A DNA stretch of 62,958 nt, from positions 1-62,958 of IMG/VR virus record IMGVR_UViG_3300044648_000169. One strand, given 5' to 3'. Of this stretch, positions 8,425 to 16,443 are shown one piece after another. Both the position numbers and the translations under genes were made by a program. The notes beneath the pieces are model-generated. The model saw nothing but the letters and a program-made list of their open reading frames with translations, ran no database searches and was not told the DNA's origin. Position 1 is the stretch's first letter. Each line of letters begins with the position of its first letter. The DNA is from a virus (Duplodnaviria; Caudoviricetes).

Positions 8425-8945
8425 TCCTTGAACCCCTCGAAGATCGTTTCGATCATCTCGGTGCGCAGGCGCGGCGAGAGTTGCGGCCACAGCACCTTCT
8501 GCGCGTGGTCCTCGCGCAGGAACGCCACAGCGCTTTCGTGGAAGCGGTCGAATTCCTCCTGCTCGCACTGCGCGTAGCTGATGGACTTCGGCACAGGCAC
8601 CACCCCGCCCTTCGGGCCCGGGTACCAGTCGACGAAGCCTGCCCCCACCTTCAGCCAGGTGCGGAAGTCCTCGAACCGCTGGAAGCGCTCCTGCGACTCG
8701 AAGACCGCTTGCTCGAGCGCCATGTGCTTGCGGTGCACCACGCCGATGCGGTCGCGGTGGGTCTTGATCTCCACCATCTCGCCCGGCTCGGCGCGGTTGA
8801 AAAACCAGTTCATCAGCCGGCGCCAGCTTTTCTGGTCCCGCTCGCCCAGGCCGTCGATGGCACCAAACAGCACGCGGCGCGCGGCTTCCTTGTCGGCATC
8901 GCTGATGGCTTCACGGTGCTTGCGCACCAGCACGATGTCGGTCAT
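8421..8945 (-). CDS. DUF1367-like protein
   Basis: HRKHMAL...FRTWLKVGAGF...PKSISYA. Confidence 0.7.
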   Translation of the reverse strand: MTDIVLVRKHREAISDADKEAARRVLFGAIDGLGERDQKSWRRLMNWFFNRAEPGEMVEIKTHRDRIGVVHRKHMALEQAVFESQERFQRFEDFRTWLKVGAGFVDWYPGPKGGVVPVPKSISYAQCEQEEFDRFHESAVAFLREDHAQKVLWPQLSPRLRTEMIETIFEGFKE

Positions 8946-9670
8946 GCCGCCAGCCCCAGCGCCCACACCGAGTTCATCGGCAGGTGCGGCGATGCTTCCG
9001 CCCAGCACTTCTTCTGCCGGATCAGGTGGACCATCGAGACACTGAGGCCCACGCGTTTGGCTTCGTCCTCGGCCTTCAGCGTCGATGCGCGAATCTCGCG
9101 CGCCTTGTCCATGTCCATCCGGGTCGACACGGCGCGCCGGCCGGCGATGCGCGCGGCATTGGCGGCCGGTGTGGAATAGACGCCCTCGGCGGCCAGCTTG
9201 CGCGCCAGGTTCTTGCGGCTCATGGCCGTGAGGTGCTTCAGGCAGGCCGGGTTGCGGCACGCGGGCGTCAGCAGGTAGCCATTCGGCGGCTCCGGGTTGC
9301 CGGCCAGGGACCAAACCAGCCGGCGCAGGTTGCGCGTCTTGCCGTCGTGGTGGGCGTAGGGGATGCCGTTGCTGTTGACGCACCCAACCCACAGCAGGCA
9401 GTTGCCCTCTTCCTCGCAGCGGCTGAAGATCATCCGCATGTCAAGCGTCAGGCGCTTCAGGGTTGGTGGCTGGTCTTGCGGCACCTGGTTGCCGTCCGCG
9501 CGCCAGGCGGCGAACGCCATCAAACTCGACGGCAGGCCCGCGCGCCGAAGTGATGCGCGCACCGCGGTCGGCGTCACCCCGTGGCGGCGGGCAATGGCTT
9601 TGGTCGAATGACCCGCTGCAAACGCGCGCAGGTAGTCGTGGTTGGTGCCGGTGCTCTTGCGCGCGGACAT
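8942..9670 (-). CDS. HTH plus degenerate HNH-like protein
   Basis: N-terminal HTH (STKAIARRHGVT); CLLWVG...CRNPACLKHL. Confidence 0.6.
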   Translation of the reverse strand: MSARKSTGTNHDYLRAFAAGHSTKAIARRHGVTPTAVRASLRRAGLPSSLMAFAAWRADGNQVPQDQPPTLKRLTLDMRMIFSRCEEEGNCLLWVGCVNSNGIPYAHHDGKTRNLRRLVWSLAGNPEPPNGYLLTPACRNPACLKHLTAMSRKNLARKLAAEGVYSTPAANAARIAGRRAVSTRMDMDKAREIRASTLKAEDEAKRVGLSVSMVHLIRQKKCWAEASPHLPMNSVWALGLAA

Positions 9671-10635
9671 CAAATGCTCCTGTGCGGCCATGCGCCGAGG
9701 TTCATGGCCGACGCGCCGGCAGCCGGCAGGTACTGCTGGCTCTCCGCGTCAAACCACAGGGCGAAGCGCCCCTCCCATTCGCCGTTGCGCTGCTTGCAGC
9801 AGATGAGGCGCGCGTCAGGCTCGTCGGCCGCAACCGCCTTGCCCACCGCTTGGTCGGCCTCCTTCTTCTTGTTCCGCCACACCAGCAGGATGTTGTCCAC
9901 CTGGTCAGCAATGGCGCCGGTGCCCTTCACGTCTGACTTGTCTGGCTGGTCGCCCTCGTGGCCCAGCTTGCGCAGGTGGTGCACGACGTGCACGTGCATG
10001 CCGGTGTCGCGGGCGATCGAAGTTGCCTCGTCGATGAATGCCTTCTGGCCGTTGTAGTCGTCCTCGCCGGCCACGCACTTCATCAGGCTGTCCAGCACGA
10101 ACTGCTTGATGCGCAACTCGACGGCGCAATAGCGCATCACGCCCAGGATCACGTCGCGCTTGACGGTGCCTTGCTGGTCGTACAGCCAGAGTTTGTTCTG
10201 GGTGAAGACGTCGAACTGCTCATAGAGGTCGCGGTAGACGGCCTGCACCTCGGCGTCCTGCATCCAGTCCCCGGCGGGCCGCTGGCCAGACCACTGCCGC
10301 GCCATGCGCTCGATGGTCTTGCGGGGCTTCATTTCGAAGCTGGCGATTGCGCAGCGTTCCTCCTGCGCAATGAGCGACAGCGAGGCCAGGCCGGTCATCA
10401 GCGACTTGCCATGGCCGTTCACGCCGGCCCACAGCGTCACCTCGCCGGGGCGGAAGGCGAACAGCGGGTGCGACTTCTCCCACGGCAGGTAGGCCTTCGG
10501 CTCGTAGACCTGCTTGCCGAGGTCGTCGATCAATTGGCGAACCCACTCCCCGGCTGGGCGCACCTTCGTGCTCGCCTCGGTCTGCTGCAGGTACGCGGCG
10601 AAGTCCATCTCGTCCGCGTGAATCACTTGGGCCAT
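9670..10635 (-). CDS. DnaB/T7 gp4-like replicative helicase
   Basis: Walker A GVNGHGKS, SFEM, VLDSL, VHHLRK, KGTGAIADQVDN, KQRNG. Confidence 0.9.
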   Translation of the reverse strand: MAQVIHADEMDFAAYLQQTEASTKVRPAGEWVRQLIDDLGKQVYEPKAYLPWEKSHPLFAFRPGEVTLWAGVNGHGKSLMTGLASLSLIAQEERCAIASFEMKPRKTIERMARQWSGQRPAGDWMQDAEVQAVYRDLYEQFDVFTQNKLWLYDQQGTVKRDVILGVMRYCAVELRIKQFVLDSLMKCVAGEDDYNGQKAFIDEATSIARDTGMHVHVVHHLRKLGHEGDQPDKSDVKGTGAIADQVDNILLVWRNKKKEADQAVGKAVAADEPDARLICCKQRNGEWEGRFALWFDAESQQYLPAAGASAMNLGAWPHRSI

Positions 10636-10982
10636 GTCATCACTCCATCCGTGTCGAACATCTGCGCGTGCTCCCATTCCTCGCCGCGCCGTTGAAAAAC
10701 CGATCCCACCACCCGGCTGGCCCCGGCTGCCTCGCAGGCGTCGACCACGGTGGACACCCGGCCAGCATCGAGCCCGTGCACGATCACCAGCAGCCCCACC
10801 ACGCAGCGCAGGTCAAGCGGCTGGACGGCTTCGTCCGCCCCGATGTGCAGGTGGGCCATGCCGACGCCCAGCGAGTGCCAGCAGGCGTGCAGCCGGTTCG
10901 GCTCGCCATCGGTGTCGATCTGCACGGCCAGCGGCACCTGGCGGCGCAGGCGCATGGCGATCAATGCGTCATGTCCCCGCAT
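10623..10982 (-). CDS. hypothetical protein between initiator and helicase
   Basis: MRGHDALIAMR...LDLRCVVGL; coupled ORF. Confidence 0.65.
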   Translation of the reverse strand: MRGHDALIAMRLRRQVPLAVQIDTDGEPNRLHACWHSLGVGMAHLHIGADEAVQPLDLRCVVGLLVIVHGLDAGRVSTVVDACEAAGASRVVGSVFQRRGEEWEHAQMFDTDGVMTWPK

Positions 10983-11779
10983 CACACGTCCCCCGCAAGG
11001 GCGAAGGCGGGCACGTCGGCCGGCGGCCCATCGCGCCAGCGCTCCCCGTTGAGGTAGGTCAGCGGCGCCGGTTCGAAGCCATCGCGCCAGGACCGGGTGG
11101 ACTTGCTGGCTTCGACGTGGGCCACGATGCGCTCCACCTCGCGGCCGAAGTTGCAGCGGCGCCACTTGGCCGCGCACTTCTTCCGGTCCTGCTTCCGGGC
11201 GGATCCGGGCCATGCGGTCCAGAATTCAGGAAAGCCCTGAGGGTCCGGAGTCTTCTCCGCGTCTGCGTCAGCAGACGAAGCCGTAGGCTTCTTCTTATCT
11301 GGTGCTTGGTGCTTGGTGGCGAACTCACCCATTACTTCGGCGGGAGTCACTTGCGTGTCACGCGTGACATCCGCGCTACCCGATTCGTGTTCGGCGGTCT
11401 TCGCGCGGTTCCTGGCGGTTCTCGCGGCGTCCTTCGCGCGCTTCTGCATCATCGCCAGGACGCGGGCCGCCACGGTGTCGTGGTACAGGCGCCCGTCGCT
11501 CGCCAGCCACCAGCCGCGCATGAGCACGGCGCGGTGCTTTGAGAAGACTTCGGGCTCCATGTCGAGGATGAGCGCCAGCAGCTCGTCATCGTCCGGCAGC
11601 GATCCGCAAGGGGTCTGCTCCCAAGACTCGGACCACAGCAGCAGGAGGTGAGCGCGCACGAAGCCCGTCCTGGCGCGAAGCCAGGTGTCGGACTTCTTCA
11701 CCTGCTCCATGTTCACCTCGAAGCGCCAACCCTTGGCCATGGTGTCGGCGGGGTATGGGGGCGGGAGAAGGTCGCTCAT
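10982..11779 (-). CDS. phage replication initiator (YdaU/O-like)
   Basis: LLLLWSESWEQTPCGSLPDDDELLA; C-terminal FPEFWTAWP...PLTYLNGERW. Confidence 0.75.
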   Translation of the reverse strand: MSDLLPPPYPADTMAKGWRFEVNMEQVKKSDTWLRARTGFVRAHLLLLWSESWEQTPCGSLPDDDELLALILDMEPEVFSKHRAVLMRGWWLASDGRLYHDTVAARVLAMMQKRAKDAARTARNRAKTAEHESGSADVTRDTQVTPAEVMGEFATKHQAPDKKKPTASSADADAEKTPDPQGFPEFWTAWPGSARKQDRKKCAAKWRRCNFGREVERIVAHVEASKSTRSWRDGFEPAPLTYLNGERWRDGPPADVPAFALAGDV

Positions 11780-12099
11780 GCTGCAACCGCCTCCTGGGCT
11801 GGCTCGACCGGCGCCCATACGCGCTGCCGCGGGCGCGGTGCGTCCTTCGCGGGGCGAACCTGCTTCAAACGTCCCTCGGCCCACCCTCGGCCCAGCTCGG
11901 TCAACGACCACACGTTGCGGTGGCCGCGGCTGTCCCGGCGCTTGTTCACCAGGCCGAGCCTGAACGCGCTGGACAGAGCGATGCATGCAGCCTGTGGATC
12001 GAACGTCATGCGCCCACCGACCACACGACGGACGTCGCAGGCCAAGGCCTCGCCGCCGAGTTGGTGCAGCGCGCGGGCAGCCACCTTCCATCCAGCCAT
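11776..12099 (-). CDS. hypothetical winged-helix-like protein
   Basis: MAGWKVAA...WSLTELG; coupled ORF. Confidence 0.5.
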   Translation of the reverse strand: MAGWKVAARALHQLGGEALACDVRRVVGGRMTFDPQAACIALSSAFRLGLVNKRRDSRGHRNVWSLTELGRGWAEGRLKQVRPAKDAPRPRQRVWAPVEPAQEAVAA

Positions 12100-12260
12100 C
12101 AAAGACACTCCCCACACTTCCGGCCGCGGGCGGCCTTCTTCCAGCCGACAGCCAGCGGCTTGTTTTGACGGCAGTAGGCGCAGCGGAAGGTGTGTGACAA
12201 GGGCCGCGTGTCCGACTGCCCCTGCTCGGCGGCCGATCGCTTGGAGCGGACTGCGCTCAT
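12099..12260 (-). CDS. 53-aa Zn-finger protein (absent from ORF track)
   Basis: MSAVRSK...FRCAYC...RKCGECL*; overlaps start/stop codons on both sides. Confidence 0.55.
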   Translation of the reverse strand: MSAVRSKRSAAEQGQSDTRPLSHTFRCAYCRQNKPLAVGWKKAARGRKCGECL

Positions 12261-12532
12261 GCCTGCCCCTTGAACCACCCCGGCACACAGGCGCCGCGGG
12301 CATCAGCGTCAGCCTGGAAGCCGACAGTGCATTCAGAACAGGGGTTGACCGACCGGCACCGGGCTAGGCGCTGAGCCTCCACGCGGTTGGCCATTGCCTC
12401 GGCCGCCACGCCCGACAGATACGTGATCCAAGAGGTCTTGTTCATGCAGGGAGGGACCGATTGATTGAGTTGGTCGAGGACCAATGCCCACCGGGCAGGC
12501 CTCGCGTTTGCCACACCGAGTCGTGAGCCCAC
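12257..12532 (-). CDS. small Cys-containing phage protein
   Basis: VPPC...WITYL...PCSECT...GACVP; start uncertain. Confidence 0.5.
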   Translation of the reverse strand: MGSRLGVANARPARWALVLDQLNQSVPPCMNKTSWITYLSGVAAEAMANRVEAQRLARCRSVNPCSECTVGFQADADARGACVPGWFKGQA

Positions 12533-12533
12533 A

Positions 12534-12914
12534 TCAGCGCCCACCCATCGAGGGCGGATTCCCACCCAACAGCGAGCCAACACGCCGAATACGATCCGCA
12601 TTCGAGTTGGCCATCGCGTCGCTACCCCAGGCCACGCACTCCACCAACGTCCTAACAAACTCAGTGAGGGACATGCCATGACTGGCCGCGATCGCGTTAA
12701 CCACTGCCTTGGTCTCACTGTGAAGCGGGATGCGGCTCAGCTCATCGTCAAATTTCCCGCCGGGGGCCGTCCTCCCGCTCCGACTGAAAAGCGCATTGCC
12801 CCCGTTGAGGAATGGGCCGCCGAGTCCGTTCGACGTGTCTGGATCAAGGCCGCCAAGGCCGGCGCGGTCGAACTCCTGCTCGTTGCACGCGGTTTGATCT
12901 GATGCGGTCACCAT
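12534..12914 (-). CDS. CII-position regulator, RHH-like
   Basis: Follows cro; RIPLHSETKAVVNAIAASHGMSLTEFVR. Confidence 0.55.
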   Translation of the reverse strand: MVTASDQTACNEQEFDRAGLGGLDPDTSNGLGGPFLNGGNALFSRSGRTAPGGKFDDELSRIPLHSETKAVVNAIAASHGMSLTEFVRTLVECVAWGSDAMANSNADRIRRVGSLLGGNPPSMGGR

Positions 12915-13030
12915 GCCGCCCTCCCGTTGAAAACACGGGCCTGGACCCGAAGGCCCAGGCCGCGCAAAGCCGCCTCGAGAGCGGCAGGGAGGAGTCGCAC
13001 GAAGAAACCGGGGAATTGGATGGGGCGCAT

Positions 13031-13309
13031 CTAGGCCTCCAAAGCGGCGCGTTGCTTCTTGGCCCTCACAGCTTTTGGTGCGCCCGGCGCGCTGGCCAGT
13101 TCGGGCCAGATGGTTCGCCAGTCTTGTGGGCGCAGATCCCACCGCATCACCGCCCCGCCTGTCGCGGCCTCAATGGCCGAGCACCGACTTGCGGGCGCCG
13201 GCCTGGTGCCTGCAGCGATCTGGCTCAAGAATGACGACGGGATGCCAACCGCCGCTGCGAGGTCTTTCGCTCGCCCCTTCTGCTTTGCACACCAAGTCTG
13301 TAAGTCCAT
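13031..13309 (-). CDS. cro: Cro/YdaS-like HTH regulator
   Basis: LAAAVGIPSSFLSQIAAGTR...AIEAATGGAVMRWDLRP; divergent from cI. Confidence 0.85.
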   Translation of the reverse strand: MDLQTWCAKQKGRAKDLAAAVGIPSSFLSQIAAGTRPAPASRCSAIEAATGGAVMRWDLRPQDWRTIWPELASAPGAPKAVRAKKQRAALEA

Positions 13310-13315
13310 GTATAG

Positions 13316-13353
13316 ACTTTAGCATTGCAAAGTTTTCGATGCAAGCATTGCTT
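13316..13353 (-). promoter_or_regulatory. PR-like promoter with OR operators
   Basis: TTGCAT-17-TAAAGT overlapping AGCA(A/T)TGC palindromic operators. Confidence 0.75.
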
Positions 13354-13377
13354 CGTGCCGAAATCGACACTCAAGCG

Positions 13378-13980
13378 ATGCATATCGGGGAGCGGCTTAG
13401 AACGCTGGTCAAGGAGCGAGGGGTGGCGGTGAAGGCGTTGGCCTTGCACTGCGGCGTCACTACTGGCGCGGTCTCCAACTGGTTCCGCACCGGGCGGATT
13501 ACGAAGGAAAACCTGCTCGCTGCGGCCGAGTTCCTGGGGACCACAGCCGACGAGGTGATCTCAGGCGCCGCGCTTGATCGGTCGGCGCCCCAGGCGATGG
13601 CATCGCCCGCGTCAGCGCTCAACCTGCTCGCGCGAGCGTTGGCGGGGTTGCCCCGACTAGAGCGGCTTCAACTGGCCACGCTGCTTCCGTTGCTGGCAAC
13701 TGAGCCTGAGACCAGCCGGCAGACCATGCAGGCGATCCTGCGGCTGTTGGGGGCCGACCCCGTGGCCGCCGATGAGGTGGCGCGGGTGGACTTCAGTGAA
13801 CTTGCGCTGGACCTTGCAGAAAAGCTGGACGCCATTCCAGAGGGGCGGCGAGTTCGGGCGCACCGCGCTGCAAGCGTGGCGCTGTCACTGCAGGAGTTTC
13901 CCGACTCTGGCGATGCCACAGGCGACCGGCCCCCACCGCCAGGGCCGCGGCCTGGCTCGGGCTCGCGCAAACCGCGCTGA
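13378..13980 (+). CDS. cI: CI-like XRE repressor without S24 peptidase domain
   Basis: IGERLRTLVKERG...LALHCGVTTGAVSNWFRTG HTH; helical C-terminus with no GDSM/K peptidase motifs. Confidence 0.8.
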   Translation: MHIGERLRTLVKERGVAVKALALHCGVTTGAVSNWFRTGRITKENLLAAAEFLGTTADEVISGAALDRSAPQAMASPASALNLLARALAGLPRLERLQLATLLPLLATEPETSRQTMQAILRLLGADPVAADEVARVDFSELALDLAEKLDAIPEGRRVRAHRAASVALSLQEFPDSGDATGDRPPPPGPRPGSGSRKPR

Positions 13981-14293
13981 GTAGCCCGGCTTGGGCCAGT
14001 GGGGCGATCACGCTGCTCACCTCATCCAACGGCTGCTGGTCGACCAGGAGCACCGCCGGTCGACCGCCGGCCTGGGTCGCCCACGCCTCCAGCAGGAATC
14101 GCACGTCCCCGGGACAGAGTTGGAGCGCATGGCCGGCGTCAACCAGCAGGCACTCAGGCGGGCCGATCAAAAGGGCCCGTGAAATCGCCCGCTCAATTTC
14201 CGCCTCACAAATGCCCTGCTTCAGCGTGATGCGAACAACATCACGATATGGCTGATCGACCGTCCAAGCGTTTGATGGCGCGGTTCGTGGCAT
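13793..14293 (-). CDS. hypothetical alpha/beta (STAS/SpoIIAA-like) protein overlapping the cI 3' end
   Basis: GGGGGAA RBS; pattern VVRITLKQG...LLVDA...PAVLLVD; fold is my inference. Confidence 0.55.
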   Translation of the reverse strand: MPRTAPSNAWTVDQPYRDVVRITLKQGICEAEIERAISRALLIGPPECLLVDAGHALQLCPGDVRFLLEAWATQAGGRPAVLLVDQQPLDEVSSVIAPLAQAGLLSAVCASPSQAAALAVGAGRLWHRQSRETPAVTAPRLQRGAPELAAPLEWRPAFLQGPAQVH

Positions 14294-14346
14294 CAATTCC
14301 CCCTAGTGCTTTCCTGCACATTTTGCGGGGGCGGAAACACTTTGAC

Positions 14347-14366
14347 ACCTAGCAGAATTGCCGTCA
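14347..14366. promoter_or_regulatory. lux-box-like site A
   Basis: ACCTAGCAGAATTGCCGTCA; abuts the luxR1 ATG and overlaps GTGTCA-17-CAAAAT on the minus strand. Confidence 0.55.
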
Positions 14367-15115
14367 TGAAATCCCTACGTGATGTCTTGATCTCGGAGGC
14401 TTTGGGCGGCCTGGGTAGCGCTCAGACGGCGCCGGAGTTCGGCGCCCTCGCGGAAAAGCTCACAGAGGGTTTCGGCATGGATCGGTACATCGTGATCGAC
14501 GTGCGTAACGGCACCCTGGCGGGGCTGCACCACAACGCGCCTGCCCACTTGAGCGCCGACATCGAAAACCTTGCCACCGCGGATTCGGACCCGATCCTCG
14601 GGAAGGCCCGAGTTTCGCGGATGCCATTTGCATGGGGTCGCGGCGACGGCGGCCCCTGGCGCGAGGCATATGGCAGCTTGGGGTATCACTCGGGAATCGC
14701 GGGCGTGACCTGGGACGGCGTGGGCTCCGGTGTCATCGCCCTGTTCTCTTCGGAGGCTGATGGCCTGCCGGAGGAAATTATCGGCTCGCTGCTCGGCTTC
14801 GTGGTGTTGGCGGCCGTGACGATGAGCACGCCGCTGCGCCGTTTGGCGCCCAGACCGCTGGCCGAATGCCCTTTCACGGCGCGCGAACTGGACTGCCTGC
14901 GCTACGCGCTGGCCGGTAAGTCGTCAAAGGAAACGGCGCGCTCGCTGGGCATTGGCGCGCGGACCGTGAACCAATACCTCGAACGAGCGCGCACCAGGCT
15001 CCAGGTCAAGACCACCTACGCCGCTGCCACGATAGCGCTGCGGCGTGGGTGGATCGACATGCAGGAAGCGTCGGAGCTGGCCGGCTTAGTTCCCGCCGCC
15101 ACCGGTGCGCGGTAG
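14366..15115 (+). CDS. LuxR-family solo regulator 1 (autoinducer-binding domain + HTH)
   Basis: DP...PFAW...G..SG pocket; FTARELDCLRYALAGKSSKETARSLGIGARTV HTH. Confidence 0.9.
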   Translation: MKSLRDVLISEALGGLGSAQTAPEFGALAEKLTEGFGMDRYIVIDVRNGTLAGLHHNAPAHLSADIENLATADSDPILGKARVSRMPFAWGRGDGGPWREAYGSLGYHSGIAGVTWDGVGSGVIALFSSEADGLPEEIIGSLLGFVVLAAVTMSTPLRRLAPRPLAECPFTARELDCLRYALAGKSSKETARSLGIGARTVNQYLERARTRLQVKTTYAAATIALRRGWIDMQEASELAGLVPAATGAR

Positions 15116-15169
15116 GTCGGCCGGGTTGTAGTCGCGGATGCCAAGCAGTGCCAGCAGGAAATCAAACAT
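15086..15169 (-). CDS. 27-aa small peptide (absent from ORF track)
   Basis: GGAG-7nt-ATG; MFDFLLALLGIRDYNPADLPRTGGGGN*; downstream of lux-box-like site B. Confidence 0.55.
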   Translation of the reverse strand: MFDFLLALLGIRDYNPADLPRTGGGGN

Positions 15170-15249
15170 GGGTGGACTCCACAGAGGGTTGCGGTCAAAT
15201 CGACCGCTGTCCACTTTGAAGTCCCTAGCACGTTTCGCCTAGCTGCAAA

Positions 15250-15269
15250 ACCTGTCAGGTTTACCGTCA
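15250..15269. promoter_or_regulatory. lux-box-like site B
   Basis: ACCTGTCAGGTTTACCGTCA; 15/20 identical to site A; overlaps palindrome AAACCTGTCAGGTTT (15248-15262). Confidence 0.55.
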
Positions 15270-15287
15270 GTGACAACTGAGGTAGGC

Positions 15288-16004
15288 CTAGTCGATCAAG
15301 CCCCCTTGAATACAAGTGAGCACCGCGCCTTGCACGGAGCTGGCGCCCAGTTTGCGCGCAGCGCTGCGCTGCCGCCGGGCCACCTCTGGCTGGCTGATGA
15401 CCATGCGCTGACCCACCTGCCAGGCGGTGTACCCGTCCTTGGCCCAGCGCAGGCTTTCGAGTTCGCCGGCATCCAAGACCGGGCTACCTGCCGGGGTCGG
15501 GGTAGAAATCCGCTGCAGCGCTGACTGCGCGTGCAGCGTGACCATCTGCACGGCCGCCTGCAGGCGCATGCGGACCACCGGGTCGATCGGCAGCGCGTCC
15601 GGGCGATCGAAGCCCAGCAAGAACTGCTCGAGGTGGCTGGGCTCGTGCACGCTGCACGCTACCCCGCAGCGGTAGCCGAACGACGCCTGCAGATCCCATA
15701 GATCCACCGCGCCCGCTTCGACGTAGGTGGACTGGTCATACAGCACGGGGACGATGTTGGAGCGCAGAGCCCGGATGACCGGATCACGCAGGGCATCGCT
15801 CAGCGACTGCTGTGCCACGACATAGGCATCTGGGGTGTTGCCAACCCCGAGCATCCAGGCATTCGCGGATCCCATGGCGCCGCGGATCAGCACCGCCGAG
15901 AACAGGCCGAAGCCCAGCTCGTGTGCTGCTGACGTCAGGCGGGACCGCAGGGTGTCGACGTCCGGCGACAGTCCTAGATCCAGGAGTTGCTGCTGAGAGA
16001 GCAT
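15288..16004 (-). CDS. LuxR-family solo regulator 2
   Basis: NTPDAY...RDPV...PVLYDQSTY...DLWDLQASFGYRCG; ELESLRWAKDGYTAWQVG HTH. Confidence 0.9.
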   Translation of the reverse strand: MLSQQQLLDLGLSPDVDTLRSRLTSAAHELGFGLFSAVLIRGAMGSANAWMLGVGNTPDAYVVAQQSLSDALRDPVIRALRSNIVPVLYDQSTYVEAGAVDLWDLQASFGYRCGVACSVHEPSHLEQFLLGFDRPDALPIDPVVRMRLQAAVQMVTLHAQSALQRISTPTPAGSPVLDAGELESLRWAKDGYTAWQVGQRMVISQPEVARRQRSAARKLGASSVQGAVLTCIQGGLID

Positions 16005-16010
16005 GGACCG

Positions 16011-16343
16011 CTATTGCGACGGAGTCCCGCCCTGTCTGCAATCGTAGTTGCCCTTGATGTTGGCGAGGTAGTAGCGCCCTAGGGACGGCGATGAACGCCA
16101 CGCCGCCACGGTCTCTGGCGGCATGCGGCAGTAGTGATACCAAGTGCCCTTGAGGTTCACCAGCAGGTAGCGGTCCGACAGCTTCCAGCAGGTACGCCAG
16201 ACCAGCGAGCTGGGTTGCTCCACGCAGTTGAAGCCCTTCAGGTCGACCTCGCCGTGGTACTTCACGAAAACCGTCTCGGCCGACGCGCCCATAGGCGCCA
16301 ACGCGAGCGCGGCCAGCATCACTTTCGTTCTCAGTGGTCCCAT
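16011..16343 (-). CDS. KTSC-domain protein with signal peptide
   Basis: Hydrophobic N-terminus ending ASA; SSLV...YHYCRMP...SLGRYYLANIKGNY. Confidence 0.75.
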   Translation of the reverse strand: MGPLRTKVMLAALALAPMGASAETVFVKYHGEVDLKGFNCVEQPSSLVWRTCWKLSDRYLLVNLKGTWYHYCRMPPETVAAWRSSPSLGRYYLANIKGNYDCRQGGTPSQ

Positions 16344-16403
16344 AGCCCCTCCCTGGGTTCGCTCGATTCTTCCGGCCTAAGGGTAAGCCTGCACGGATTT
16401 TTG

Positions 16404-16443
16404 TTCAGCAATGCTTGCCATCAATACTTTGCATTGCTAAACT
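16404..16443 (+). promoter_or_regulatory. PL-like promoter with OL operators
   Basis: TTGCCA-17-TAAACT with the same GCA(A/T)TGCT operators and layout as PR. Confidence 0.75.

Noticed and set aside
12099-12532. C4-like or structured RNA between the cII-like gene and replication genes
   Set aside because: Short matches to the C4 scaffold exist, but the region is tiled by translationally coupled small Cys-containing ORFs
15101-15115. LPRTG sortase motif in the 27-aa peptide
   Set aside because: No following TM segment or basic tail, no sortase and a Gram-negative host; probably coincidental
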